NCBI GenBank assembly: GCA_963720475.1
Contig: OY970394.1
Span: 619,550-683,549 of the forward strand
DNA length: 64,000 nucleotides
DNA from: an uncultured Thermoleophilaceae bacterium
Lineage (GTDB): Bacteria > Actinomycetota > Thermoleophilia > Solirubrobacterales > Thermoleophilaceae
Reading direction: 5' to 3'
Part shown: one piece after another, positions 34,116 to 44,804 of the stretch
Layout: each line of letters starts with the position of its first letter
Numbering within the stretch: the stretch's first letter is position 1
The notes under the pieces: model-generated
Database searches by the model: none
What the model was told of the DNA's origin: nothing
The model's input: only the letters and a program-made list of their open reading frames with translations
Position numbers and translations under genes: made by a program

Positions 34116-34553
34116 TCAGGCCGCGAGCTTGCGGCAGATGTCCGCGAGCTGGCGTTTCTCGTCCTCATCGAGCGCCGAGAACGTGTCGGACACCCGGCGG
34201 GTGTGCTGAGGGAAGACGCGGTCGACGACGGCCTCGCCGAAGTGGGTGAGCGTGAGCAGCACGGCGCGACGGTCGTGCTGGAGCCGCCGGCGGGTGACGA
34301 GGTTGCGCGACTCGAGCGTCGTCACGACCTCGGTCGCGTTCGCCTTCGACCAGCCGAGCCTGCGGCGGAGCGTTCGCAGCTCGAGCTCGCCGCCGGCGGT
34401 GGTCAATACGACCAGCACTGAGAACCCCGCGACCGAGAGCTGCTCGCGCTCGAGCTCAGCCGCGATCGCGCGCCTGACGGTCGTCTCGGCGCGCACGAGC
34501 GCCTGGAGCGCGCGATGCGCGAGCGGATCGCCGACCTCGAGCGGGGGAGCCAC
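34116..34553 (-). CDS. MarR family transcriptional regulator
   Basis: 145 aa with a winged-helix region LRRRLGWSKANATEVVTTLESRNLVTRRRLQHDRR. Confidence 0.85.
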   Translation of the reverse strand: MAPPLEVGDPLAHRALQALVRAETTVRRAIAAELEREQLSVAGFSVLVVLTTAGGELELRTLRRRLGWSKANATEVVTTLESRNLVTRRRLQHDRRAVLLTLTHFGEAVVDRVFPQHTRRVSDTFSALDEDEKRQLADICRKLAA

Positions 34554-34629
34554 CAGCGAGAAAGGCTAGGAACGCCCCCGGACGACCCGCAAAGTGGTCA
34601 TCCCGCGTACGCTCGCATCGGCGACAACA

Positions 34630-35133
34630 ATGTTTCCGGTGCGACACATTCGTTTCCGCCGTCCCGAGCGGCTTTGGGGCGTGCGCAGCGCCCGATTCGG
34701 GTTGGTGGCGGCGCTGCCGGTGCTGGTCCTCGCCGCCGGTTGCGAGCGCCAGAGCGAGCCGGAGCTGTCATCCGCCTGTAGCGACATGACCGCGAGCTCG
34801 GTCGAGCAGGCGCTCGAGTCGGCGCCGGGACAGGTTGCGATCGAGGGGGAGACCCTCTCGAGCTGCCTCGAGGACAACGCCGATGCGCAGGACGTGCAGC
34901 GGGTGGGCGCGATCTACGTCGCGACCGCGGCAAAGCTCGCCGACGAGGCGCGCAGCGACCGGAACGGGCCCGCGGCGACGCAGCTCGGCTACCTGATCGG
35001 AGCCGTGCGGCGCGGAGCCTCCGGGACCCAGGGGGTTCACGACGAGCTGCGGCGGCGCGTCGAGCAGGAGCTCCAGGAACTCGATTCACCGGCGATCGAG
35101 CGGGGCGAGCGAGCCGGCCGCACAGGCGGGTAG
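34630..35133 (+). CDS. lipoprotein (unknown function)
   Basis: MFPVRHIRFRRPERLWGVRSARFGLVAALPVLVLAAGC (lipobox LAAGC). An alternative GTG start lies at 34594. Confidence 0.6.
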   Translation: MFPVRHIRFRRPERLWGVRSARFGLVAALPVLVLAAGCERQSEPELSSACSDMTASSVEQALESAPGQVAIEGETLSSCLEDNADAQDVQRVGAIYVATAAKLADEARSDRNGPAATQLGYLIGAVRRGASGTQGVHDELRRRVEQELQELDSPAIERGERAGRTGG

Positions 35134-35177
35134 ATAGCCTGCCGCGCCGGCCTGCTCCGTATCCACCAAGGAGACCA

Positions 35178-36494
<1,317 letters not shown>

Positions 36495-36504
36495 GCGCGG
36501 GCGC

Positions 36505-36954
36505 CTACGAGCCCACCTTGAAGACGACCTGCGGCACGCCCTTCGGGGTCTCGCCGCCGGAGCAGGTGACCGTGACGGTCTCGGTGCCCGAGTCGGCGGT
36601 GACGCAGTCGAACTCGCCGAGCGAGCAGGTCTCGCCGGGACCCTTCGACGCGCACGTGCTCATCCAGTTGCTCGTGAAGTCCTCGATCCCGGCGCAGTCG
36701 AAGCCCGCCTGCTTGACGTCGAAGACCCCGGCGCCCTCGGGAGCGGGGACGTCGCAGCTCTCGAGCGGGCGTTCCGGCTCGTCCTGCGTCGGCGTTGTCT
36801 CCGTGCGCTCGCGGGCCGGGTCGAGCCCGGTATCCGTGTTCGACTGAGCGCCTGTCACGGTCTGCGTGACCGTCTTCTCGTCGTCGTCGCCACACGCGGC
36901 GAGCACGCCACCTGCACAGAGAAGACAAGCCAGACAAACCAGTCGCGCGAGCAC
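36505..36954 (-). CDS. small Cys-rich lipoprotein (paralogue of 19970..20407)
   Basis: The GTG start at 36954 gives VLARLVCLACLLCAGGVLAACGDDDEKTVT. Thr/Glu/Pro linker and a C-terminal domain with 6 Cys. Confidence 0.65.
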   Translation of the reverse strand: MLARLVCLACLLCAGGVLAACGDDDEKTVTQTVTGAQSNTDTGLDPARERTETTPTQDEPERPLESCDVPAPEGAGVFDVKQAGFDCAGIEDFTSNWMSTCASKGPGETCSLGEFDCVTADSGTETVTVTCSGGETPKGVPQVVFKVGS

Positions 36955-36959
36955 GGCGC

Positions 36960-37946
36960 CTACCCTTTCACAGGTTGACGGGTTAGAAGCTCCGTCGCGA
37001 TCCGAGTGATCCCCTCGGGCGAGTGGAGGTGCCCGATATCCGGCAACTCCACAAGCTCGGCGTTGGTGAGGCGGGTGACCATGTCTCGTCCATGGGAGAT
37101 CGGTACAAGCGTGTCGGCGGTTCCGTGCCAGATCCTCACTGGGAGCTTTACGTCGTCGAGGTCGAAGTCGAGCGCATCGGCCATGTTGGCCTCTTCCATC
37201 AGCCATGCGGCCGGACTCTCTCGCGCTGCCTCGAGCGGATAGCTCGCGTAGTCGCGAACGTTGGCGGCCAACGCCCGGCGATCGGCGGGTGACGTTAGGA
37301 CGAGCCTGAGCGGTCGCATCGCTGCCGTGCTGTTTTTCCTGCCCCGGCGGACGTTCGACTTCGTGATCAGGGTCCACACTCTCGGCACACGGCGGGCAAT
37401 TGCCTGATCCAATCTCGAGAAGAATGGGAATGCCCGCCGGAATCCCTCCATGTCAGGTGAGCCGACGGCCCCCAGCAGCCCGACCGCCGAGCACCGCTCG
37501 GGTATCCGCGCGGCGCACGCGAGCGCGTAGCGGCCACCGCGCGAGTAGCCGAGCACGGCGAACCTGTCCAGTCCGAGCGAGTCCGCAAGCGCCGTCACAT
37601 CCGCAGGCCAGTCCGCATGGCCTCGCCCCGGCTTCGGATCCGACAGACCGAATCCCGGACGGTCTGCCGCGATGAGACGCACACCGGCTCCGCTCAATGC
37701 CTCGTCGTAGCGGTCCGGACTGCAGTCGAGCCGCGAGCCCGGAACTCCGTGAAAATAGAGGAGCGGCGTACCCGCCGGATCTCCAATCTCCGCATACCCG
37801 AGACGGCGACCGTCCGGCAATCGGAGGCGTTCATCGAGTCGCGTCGGCAACCAGCGCAAAGTACCCCAGCCGGGCGACCCGTTCAACCATGTCGCCGCGA
37901 AACAACAGGGGGGACAAAATCCCGCCCTTCCCTTTAACCCTCTCAC
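36960..37946 (-). CDS. alpha/beta hydrolase (lower-GC, cassette-like)
   Basis: LPDGRRLGYAEIGDPAGTPLLYFHGVPGS and GYSRGG (GxSxG). The true start is probably TTG 37850 (MPTRLDERLRLPDG) rather than the GTG at 37946. Confidence 0.75.
   Translation of the reverse strand: MRGLKGRAGFCPPCCFAATWLNGSPGWGTLRWLPTRLDERLRLPDGRRLGYAEIGDPAGTPLLYFHGVPGSRLDCSPDRYDEALSGAGVRLIAADRPGFGLSDPKPGRGHADWPADVTALADSLGLDRFAVLGYSRGGRYALACAARIPERCSAVGLLGAVGSPDMEGFRRAFPFFSRLDQAIARRVPRVWTLITKSNVRRGRKNSTAAMRPLRLVLTSPADRRALAANVRDYASYPLEAARESPAAWLMEEANMADALDFDLDDVKLPVRIWHGTADTLVPISHGRDMVTRLTNAELVELPDIGHLHSPEGITRIATELLTRQPVKG
36962..36981. repeat. direct repeat copy 1: ACCCTTTCACAGGTTGACGG
   Basis: 18/20 identical to 37937..37956 in the same orientation. 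Overlaps the hydrolase stop codon. Confidence 0.7.
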
Positions 37947-37956
37947 AGGTTGACCG
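37937..37956. repeat. direct repeat copy 2: ACCCTCTCACAGGTTGACCG
   Basis: 18/20 identical to 36962..36981, with a 12-nt perfect core TCACAGGTTGAC. Overlaps the gabD stop codon. Confidence 0.7.
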
Positions 37957-39403
37957 CGACGTACTTCGTCTCGAGGTACTCGTCGATCCCCTCGCGCCCG
38001 CCCTCGCGGCCGAAGCCGGACTGCTTGACGCCACCAAACGGCGCCGCCGGGTTCGAGACCATCCCCTGGTTCAACCCGACCATGCCGAACTCGAGCCCCT
38101 CGCAGACACGCAGCGCGCGCTTGACGTCGCGCGTGAAGACGTAGGCCACGAGGCCGTACTCGGTGGCGTTCGCGGCCGCGATCGCGTCCTCCTCGGAGTC
38201 GAACGTGCCGATCGGGGCGACCGGACCGAAGATCTCCTCCTCGAAGACGCGGGCCTGGTCCGGGACGCCCGCCAGCACGGTCGGCTCGTAGAAGTAGCCC
38301 TGCCCCTCGACGGCGGAGCCGCCGACGAGCGCCTTGGCGCCCTTCGACACGGCGTCTTCGACCAGCTCCGAGACCTTCTCGCGCGAGGGCTCGTCGATCA
38401 GCGGACCGACCTCGACGCCCTCGTCGGTGCCGCGGCCGACCTTCATGGCGCCCATCTTCTCCGCCAGCTTGGAGGAGAACTCGTCAACCAGCGGGGCAGA
38501 CACGTGGAAGCGGTTGGCGGCCGTGCACGCCTCGCCGATGTTGCGCATCTTCGCGATCAGCGCGCCCTCGACCGCCGCCTCGAGGTCGGCATCGTCGAAG
38601 ATCAGGAAGGGGGCGTTGCCGCCGAGCTCCATCGAGACTCGCAGCACCTGGTCGGCCGACTGCTCGATCAGGGCGCGGCCGACCTCGGTCGAGCCGGTGA
38701 ACGACAGCTTGCGCGTACGCGGGTCCTTGATCAGCGGCTCCATCACCGAACCCGACGACGAGCTCGTGATCACGTTCAGCACGCCGTCCGGCAGGCCCGC
38801 GCGTCGGAGGACTCCCGCCAGCGCGAGCATCGACAGAGGTGTCTGCTTCGCAGGCTTGATCACCATCGTGCAGCCGGCCGCGACCGCCGGGCCGATCTTG
38901 CGCGTTCCCATCGCCATCGGGAAGTTCCACGGCGTGATCAGGACGCAGGGCCCGACCGGCTGGCGCATCGTCAACAGACGTCCCTGCCCGTTCGGCGCGA
39001 CGCCGTAGCGGCCGTCCAGCCGCACCGCCTCCTCGGCGAACCAGCGGAGGAACTCCGCCGCGTAGGCGATCTCGGCCTTTGACTCGGCGAGCGCCTTGCC
39101 CATCTCCAGCGTCATCAAGAGGGCAAGCTCGTCGGCGTGCTCGCCTATCTCCTCGAACGCGCGCCGCAGGATCTCGCCACGCTCGCGCGGCGGGTACGCC
39201 GCCCACTCGGCCTGGGCGTCGGAGGCCGCGGCCAGGGCGTCGAGGGCGTCATCCGGGGTGGCGTCGGCGACCTCGCAGAGCGCCTCGCCCGTCGACGGGT
39301 CCTCGACCGGCAGCGTCCCGCCCGCGCCGTCGCGCCACTCGCCGCCGACCAGCAGCTGCTTGGGGACCAGCTCGACGACCTTCTGCTCGTCGGCGGAGGC
39401 CAT
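37943..39403 (-). CDS. gabD: succinate-semialdehyde dehydrogenase (NAD(P)+)
   Basis: 486 aa from the internal ATG 39403 of track ORF 37943..40672. ITPWNFP, SMELGGNAP, GEACTAANR, EEIFGPV. Confidence 0.85.
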   Translation of the reverse strand: MASADEQKVVELVPKQLLVGGEWRDGAGGTLPVEDPSTGEALCEVADATPDDALDALAAASDAQAEWAAYPPRERGEILRRAFEEIGEHADELALLMTLEMGKALAESKAEIAYAAEFLRWFAEEAVRLDGRYGVAPNGQGRLLTMRQPVGPCVLITPWNFPMAMGTRKIGPAVAAGCTMVIKPAKQTPLSMLALAGVLRRAGLPDGVLNVITSSSSGSVMEPLIKDPRTRKLSFTGSTEVGRALIEQSADQVLRVSMELGGNAPFLIFDDADLEAAVEGALIAKMRNIGEACTAANRFHVSAPLVDEFSSKLAEKMGAMKVGRGTDEGVEVGPLIDEPSREKVSELVEDAVSKGAKALVGGSAVEGQGYFYEPTVLAGVPDQARVFEEEIFGPVAPIGTFDSEEDAIAAANATEYGLVAYVFTRDVKRALRVCEGLEFGMVGLNQGMVSNPAAPFGGVKQSGFGREGGREGIDEYLETKYVAVNL

Positions 39404-39405
39404 CG

Positions 39406-41058
39406 CTAGGTCGGAACCGTCTCCGCGCCGAGCTCCTCCGAGATCGCGACGTCGAGCGAGTAGTCGATCGGGACGACGATCAGCGAGGGGATGTCGAGCG
39501 CGAGCGCCTCGCCGAGGCGCTGTGGGAAGTCCTCGACCGACTCGCAGCGCCACGCGGGCATCCCGAACGAGTCGGCGAGCTTGACGAAGTCCGGGTTCGT
39601 GAAGTCGACGCCGAAGTGGCGACCGAACTTCTTGTCCTGCTTCCAGACGATCGAGCCGAACTGGGCGTTCTCCCAGATCACCGAGACGAACGGCGTCTTC
39701 AGCCGCACGGCGGTCTCGAGCTCCTGGCAATTCATCATGAAGCCGCCGTCGCCGTTGACTGCGACGACCTTGCGCTCGGGGTGGACGAGCTTCGCCGCGA
39801 TCGCCGCCGGCACCGCGAAGCCCATCCCCGCAAAACCGTTCGCGATCAGCACGGTGTTCGGCTCGTGGGCCGGGAACATCCGCCCGATCCACAGCTTGTG
39901 CAGGCCGACGTCGGAGATCACGATGTCTTGCGGCCCGAGCGCCTTGCGGATCTCGTACAGCGCCCGCGGCGGCTGGAGCGGGAAGTGATCGTCGTCCTTG
40001 GCTGCCTCGAAGCGGCCGTTGACCACCTCGCGCAGGCGGGGCGATCCGCCCGAGTGCGGGACGTGGCGGCACTCCTCGCCGAGGCGGGCGAGCACGTGGT
40101 AGATGTCGCCGATTAGTTCGACCTCGGGAACGAAGAACTCGTCGATCTCGGAGGGCAGCGAGTCGATGCAGATGATCTTCTTGTCGCCGTTCGGGTTCCA
40201 GTGCTCGGGTGAGTGCTCGACGAGGTCGTAGCCGATCGCGAGCACGAGGTCCGCCTCGTCGAAGCCGGCCATCGAGTAGTCGCCCGCCTGCAGGCCGACG
40301 GCGCCGAGGCCGTTCGCATCGTCGACGCTCAAGAGACCCTTGCCCATGAAGGTCTCGGCGACGGGGATGCCCGTCGCGCGGGTGAACTCGCGCAGCGCCG
40401 GGGCGGCACCCGCGCGTACGACCCCGTTGCCCGCCAGCGCGACCGGGTTCAAGGCGCCACGCACAAGGTCGGCCGCCTTCAGCAGCTCGCGCGCGCTCGG
40501 CTCGGGCTGGACGAGCTTTCGCCGCGGGAGCGGCGCTGCGTCGATCTCCGCCGCCATCACGTCCTCCGGCAGTTCGATGTGGGTCGCGCCCGGCTTCTCC
40601 GTCTCGGCGACCTTGAACGCCTTGCGCACGACCTCGGGGATGATCGCCGGGTCGGACAGGCGCGCGTTCCACTTCGTGATCGGCCGCATCAGGCGGACGA
40701 CGTCGATGTACTGGTGCGACTCCTTGTGCATCCGCTCGAGGTCACCCTGGCCGGTCAGGGCGACGAGCGGCGCACGGTCGAGGAAGGCGTCGGCAACGGC
40801 GGTCACGAGGTTGGACGCACCGGGACCGAGCGTGCCGAGACAGACGCCCGCGTGGCCAGTCAGGCGACCGTAGACGTCGGCGATGTACGCGCCGCCCTGC
40901 TCGTGCCGGACAGGGACGAAATCGATCGAGGAATCGGCGAGTGATTCGTTGAGGTCGAGTGTTTCCTCACCCGGTATGCCGAAAACGTGCTTGACGCCCT
41001 CGGCCTCGAGGCATTCGACGAACAGGTCGGAGGCTTTCCGCTTCGCGCCCACGCCCAT
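39406..41058 (-). CDS. acetolactate-synthase-like thiamine-diphosphate enzyme (candidate 2-oxoacid decarboxylase)
   Basis: 550 aa with GIPGEETLD and the ThDP motif NGDGGFMMNCQELETAVRLKTPFVSVIWEN. Its stop lies 2 nt before the gabD ATG. Confidence 0.8.
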   Translation of the reverse strand: MGVGAKRKASDLFVECLEAEGVKHVFGIPGEETLDLNESLADSSIDFVPVRHEQGGAYIADVYGRLTGHAGVCLGTLGPGASNLVTAVADAFLDRAPLVALTGQGDLERMHKESHQYIDVVRLMRPITKWNARLSDPAIIPEVVRKAFKVAETEKPGATHIELPEDVMAAEIDAAPLPRRKLVQPEPSARELLKAADLVRGALNPVALAGNGVVRAGAAPALREFTRATGIPVAETFMGKGLLSVDDANGLGAVGLQAGDYSMAGFDEADLVLAIGYDLVEHSPEHWNPNGDKKIICIDSLPSEIDEFFVPEVELIGDIYHVLARLGEECRHVPHSGGSPRLREVVNGRFEAAKDDDHFPLQPPRALYEIRKALGPQDIVISDVGLHKLWIGRMFPAHEPNTVLIANGFAGMGFAVPAAIAAKLVHPERKVVAVNGDGGFMMNCQELETAVRLKTPFVSVIWENAQFGSIVWKQDKKFGRHFGVDFTNPDFVKLADSFGMPAWRCESVEDFPQRLGEALALDIPSLIVVPIDYSLDVAISEELGAETVPT

Positions 41059-41112
41059 CGCAATCTACAGCGCAGGCGCAGGCGTCCCGCGCGATCCAGC
41101 GAAGGAGGCCGC

Positions 41113-42195
41113 ATGAAGAGGGCTCTCCTCGTCGCGATCGCGGCCTCGCTGCTCGTGCCCGCGAGCGTAGACGCCGCGCGCTTCGTCGTCCGCGGAGGCG
41201 GCTTCGGCCACGGCGTCGGGATGAGCCAGTACGGCGCCTACGGCCTCGCGCAGCACGGCCGCGACCACAAGCAGATCCTCCACCACTACTACACGGACGT
41301 GAAGGTCGAGCGGACCGAGCGCAAGGAGGTGCGCGTGCTGCTCGGCAGCGGCGCCGGAAGCGTCTCGTTCAAGGGCGCGACCGGACACTCCGGCGGGCGG
41401 CTGAAGGCGAGCCGGCGCTACGCCGCGAAGCCGGCCTCGGGCGATCGCGTCAAGCTCGTGCGGCAGGACAACGGGAAGCTGATCGACGTGTACAAGTCGC
41501 TGCGCGTCACGCGCAAGGACGGCGGCGCGATCTCGGCCCCGAGCGGCCGCTACCGCGGGGCGCTCGAATTCCGCTCGCAAGGCGGCGGGCTGCAAACCGT
41601 CAACGCGCTCGACCCCGACGCCTACATCCGCGGGGTGATCCCGTCCGAGATGCCGCCGTCGTGGCCGCTCGAGGCGCTAAAGGCGCAAGCCGTCGCCGCC
41701 CGCAGCTATGCGCTCGCGAGCAAGGGGCTGCTCTACACAGACACGCGCTCGCAGGTCTACAAGGGCGCCAACGGCGAGCACGAGCGCGCCAACCGCGCGG
41801 TCGAGGAGACCTCACGCGAGGTGATCACCTACAAGGGCCAGGTCGCGACGGCCTTCTTCTTCTCGACCTCGGGCGGACGCACGGAGGATGTCGAGAACGT
41901 CTTCTACGGCTCGCCGTTGGGCTACCTGCGCTCTGTCGAGGACCCCTATGACAACAAGTCCCCGACCCACCGCTGGCGGCGCGAGTTCTCGACCCAGCAG
42001 ATGGCGGCGCGGCTGTCGGGGCTCTTCAAGGGCGCATTCGAGGGCATCAACGTGATCGAGCGGGGGTCCTCGCCGCGGATCGTCTGGGCTGTCGTGCGCG
42101 GCTCGGAGGGCAAGACGAAGGTCCGCGGCGCGACGCTCAAGGCGCGCCTCGGCCTGCTCGACACCTGGGCGTACTTCACCCGCGTCGGGGACTGA
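41113..42195 (+). CDS. SpoIID/LytB domain protein (secreted)
   Basis: MKRALLVAIAASLLVPASVDA; YIRGVIPSEMPPSWPLEALKAQAVAARSYAL; FFFSTSGGRTED. GAAGGAGG SD. Confidence 0.85.
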   Translation: MKRALLVAIAASLLVPASVDAARFVVRGGGFGHGVGMSQYGAYGLAQHGRDHKQILHHYYTDVKVERTERKEVRVLLGSGAGSVSFKGATGHSGGRLKASRRYAAKPASGDRVKLVRQDNGKLIDVYKSLRVTRKDGGAISAPSGRYRGALEFRSQGGGLQTVNALDPDAYIRGVIPSEMPPSWPLEALKAQAVAARSYALASKGLLYTDTRSQVYKGANGEHERANRAVEETSREVITYKGQVATAFFFSTSGGRTEDVENVFYGSPLGYLRSVEDPYDNKSPTHRWRREFSTQQMAARLSGLFKGAFEGINVIERGSSPRIVWAVVRGSEGKTKVRGATLKARLGLLDTWAYFTRVGD

Positions 42196-42222
42196 CGAAC
42201 CGCGCTCGGTAGCGTTCCCCGG

Positions 42223-43200
42223 GTGCCTGCAATAGAAGCCCGCGGCCTCGAGCGCACCTTCGACGGCGACATCCACGCCGTTGCCGGGATCGACCTAGAG
42301 GTCGCCGAAGGCGAGATCTACGGCTTCCTCGGACCGAACGGCGCGGGCAAGACGACGACCGTCCGGATGCTCTGCACGCTGCTGCGCCCGACCGGTGGCA
42401 GCGCGACGGTCGCTGGACACGACGTCGCCGGTGACCCGGCCGCCGTCCGCCGCGCGATCGGCGTGGCCCTGCAGGAGGCTGCGCTCGACCCCCTGATGAC
42501 GGGCCGCGAGCTGATGCGGCTGCAGGCGGTTCTGCATGGAATCCCCTCGCGCGAGGCAAAGCGCCGTGGCGACGCTCTGCTCGAACGCGTGGGCCTCACC
42601 GCCGCGGCGGATCGTCAGGTCGGTACGTACTCCGGCGGGATGCGCCGCCGGCTCGACCTCGGCACCGCCCTCGTCCACGAACCGAGCGTGCTCTTCCTGG
42701 ACGAGCCGACTACGGGTCTCGACCCCGTCTCGCGGATCGCGATCTGGGAGGAGGTGCAGAAGCTGAACGACGAGGGGACCACGGTCTTCCTGACGACCCA
42801 GTACCTCGAGGAGGCCGACCAGCTCGCCGACCGCCTCGGAATCATCAACGCTGGAGAGATCTCGGCCGAGGGCACGCCAGAATCGCTCAAGGCCGAGGTC
42901 GGCCGGCCACACCTCGAGCTCTGCTTCGCCGAGGACGGTTCAGAGCGAGCCGGCGAAGTGCTCGCCCGGTTCGGCGAACTCCTGCCCGCGAAAGACGGCA
43001 AGACGCTCGTCCAGCTCGAGACGGGGGCACAGGGCATCGCCCCAGTCGTCCGCGCGCTCGACGAAGCCGGTCTAGCGGTCGAGTCGCTAGACCTCGTCCA
43101 GCCGACGCTCGACGACGTCTTCGTCGCAAAGACGGGCACGCACCTCGAGGGCGCCGGCGAGGGCGAGCCGGAAGCCGAGCCGCCGGCCGCGGAAGCGTGA
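42223..43200 (+). CDS. ABC transporter ATP-binding protein (DrrA-like)
   Basis: GPNGAGKTT, YSGGMRRRLDL, LFLDEPTTGLD. Confidence 0.9.
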   Translation: MPAIEARGLERTFDGDIHAVAGIDLEVAEGEIYGFLGPNGAGKTTTVRMLCTLLRPTGGSATVAGHDVAGDPAAVRRAIGVALQEAALDPLMTGRELMRLQAVLHGIPSREAKRRGDALLERVGLTAAADRQVGTYSGGMRRRLDLGTALVHEPSVLFLDEPTTGLDPVSRIAIWEEVQKLNDEGTTVFLTTQYLEEADQLADRLGIINAGEISAEGTPESLKAEVGRPHLELCFAEDGSERAGEVLARFGELLPAKDGKTLVQLETGAQGIAPVVRALDEAGLAVESLDLVQPTLDDVFVAKTGTHLEGAGEGEPEAEPPAAEA

Positions 43201-44018
43201 CCGCGCTGACCGCCGAGCGCCCGACGCTCGCGCACCGGTTCGCGACCAACGCCCGCGTCGTTGTCGCGCTCGGGCGGCGCTCGATCGTCCAGGCGTTCCG
43301 CCGCCCGCAGTACCTCGCGCCGGTGCTCCTCTTCCCCTCGCTCTTCCTGGCGGTGAACACGGGTGGCGCCGGCAACGCCACCGACATCCCCGGGTTTCCT
43401 GACGTCAACGGGTTCCTCGACTTCGAGCTCGCCGGCGCGATGATGCAGTCGACGATGCTGGCGTCGGTCAGCGGCGGCATGGCACTCGCAATCGACATCG
43501 AACTGGGGTTCATCGACCGCCTCTTCGCTGCCCCGGTCTCGCGGGCGGCGATCGTGATCGGCCGGCTGGCCGCGACGGCCGCGCTCGGCCTCGTCGGCGC
43601 CGTCTGGTTCCTGCTCGTCGGCGTGATCTTCGGCGTGCAGTTCGAGGCCGGGCTGCCCGGCATCCTCCTGATCCTCGTCCTCACCCCGCTCGTCGCCGGC
43701 GCGTTTGGAGGGATCACCGCGGCGCTCGCCTTGCGCAGCGGACGCGCTTCCGTGGTCCAGGGGATCTTCCCGCTCGTCTTCGTGATCCTGTTCGTGTCGT
43801 CGGCCTTCTTCCCCGGCAACCTGCTGCTCGAGCCCGCGCGCTCGATCTCTGACTACAACCCGCTCAGCTTCATGGCCGACGGGCTGCGCGAGCCGATCAT
43901 CTCGACAATCTCCTCCGGACCGATTCTCGAGTGCCTGATCGGGATCGCGATCGTGGGCTCGCTCGGTGCGCTCCTCAGCGCGGGCGCACTTCGCCACCGG
44001 CTGAGGACGGGTGGCTGA
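43197..44018 (+). CDS. ABC-2 type transporter permease
   Basis: 273 aa with 6 hydrophobic segments. GTGA overlap with the ATPase gene. Confidence 0.8.
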   Translation: MTALTAERPTLAHRFATNARVVVALGRRSIVQAFRRPQYLAPVLLFPSLFLAVNTGGAGNATDIPGFPDVNGFLDFELAGAMMQSTMLASVSGGMALAIDIELGFIDRLFAAPVSRAAIVIGRLAATAALGLVGAVWFLLVGVIFGVQFEAGLPGILLILVLTPLVAGAFGGITAALALRSGRASVVQGIFPLVFVILFVSSAFFPGNLLLEPARSISDYNPLSFMADGLREPIISTISSGPILECLIGIAIVGSLGALLSAGALRHRLRTGG

Positions 44019-44790
44019 GATGCCCGTGAGCGCCGACCTGACGATGGTCTGGGCGCTGATGCGCCGCGGCTTGAACGAGATCGCCCGCGTTCCCGGGGCC
44101 GCGATCCCGGGCGCGCTCGCGCCGACGATCTTTCTGCTCGGGCTCACCTCGGTGTTCGGGAACCTCACGCAGCTCCCGGGCTTCACGACGGAGAGCTACA
44201 TGAGCTTCTTGATCCCGGTTAGCCTGCTCCAGGGCGCGGCGTTCACCGGCGCCGCCACCGGGGTGAACCTGGCGCGCGACATCGAGCAGGGCTGGTTCGA
44301 CCGGTTGCTCGTCTCACCCGCGCCCCGCACCGTGCTGCTCGCAGGCACGGTGCTCTCGGCGAGCCTGCGCTCGATGATTCCGCTGACGCTGCTGTTGATC
44401 GTCGGCTTCTCCCTCGGGGTGCACTGGCCGGGCGCGGACGGCCTCGCGGTGGCGATTGTGGTGGCGGCAGGGTTCGGCGCCGTCGCGGCCTCGTGGGGCG
44501 TCTGGCTCGCCGTGCACTACAAGACCCAGTCGGCGGCGCCGTTGATGCAGGCCGGGATCTTCATGGCCGTCCTCTTCACCACCTCCTACGCGCCGCAGGC
44601 GCTGTTGACCGGCTGGCTCCAGGAGGTCGCCCGCTACAACCCCGTGACGAAGATCCTCGAGGCCGCCCGCCAGGGCTTCGTCGGCGACGTGACCTGGGCG
44701 GACACATGGCCCGGCCTCGTCGCCCTCGCGGGCTTGCTCATCGTGCTGTCGTTGCTCGCGCTACGCGAGCTGCGCAAGGCGACCGACTAG
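44011..44790 (+). CDS. ABC-2 type transporter permease (second subunit)
   Basis: 259 aa multi-TM protein. Overlaps the previous permease by 8 nt; an alternative ATG lies at 44020. Confidence 0.8.
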   Translation: MAEMPVSADLTMVWALMRRGLNEIARVPGAAIPGALAPTIFLLGLTSVFGNLTQLPGFTTESYMSFLIPVSLLQGAAFTGAATGVNLARDIEQGWFDRLLVSPAPRTVLLAGTVLSASLRSMIPLTLLLIVGFSLGVHWPGADGLAVAIVVAAGFGAVAASWGVWLAVHYKTQSAAPLMQAGIFMAVLFTTSYAPQALLTGWLQEVARYNPVTKILEAARQGFVGDVTWADTWPGLVALAGLLIVLSLLALRELRKATD

Positions 44791-44804
44791 GTAGCTGGAC
44801 GCGT

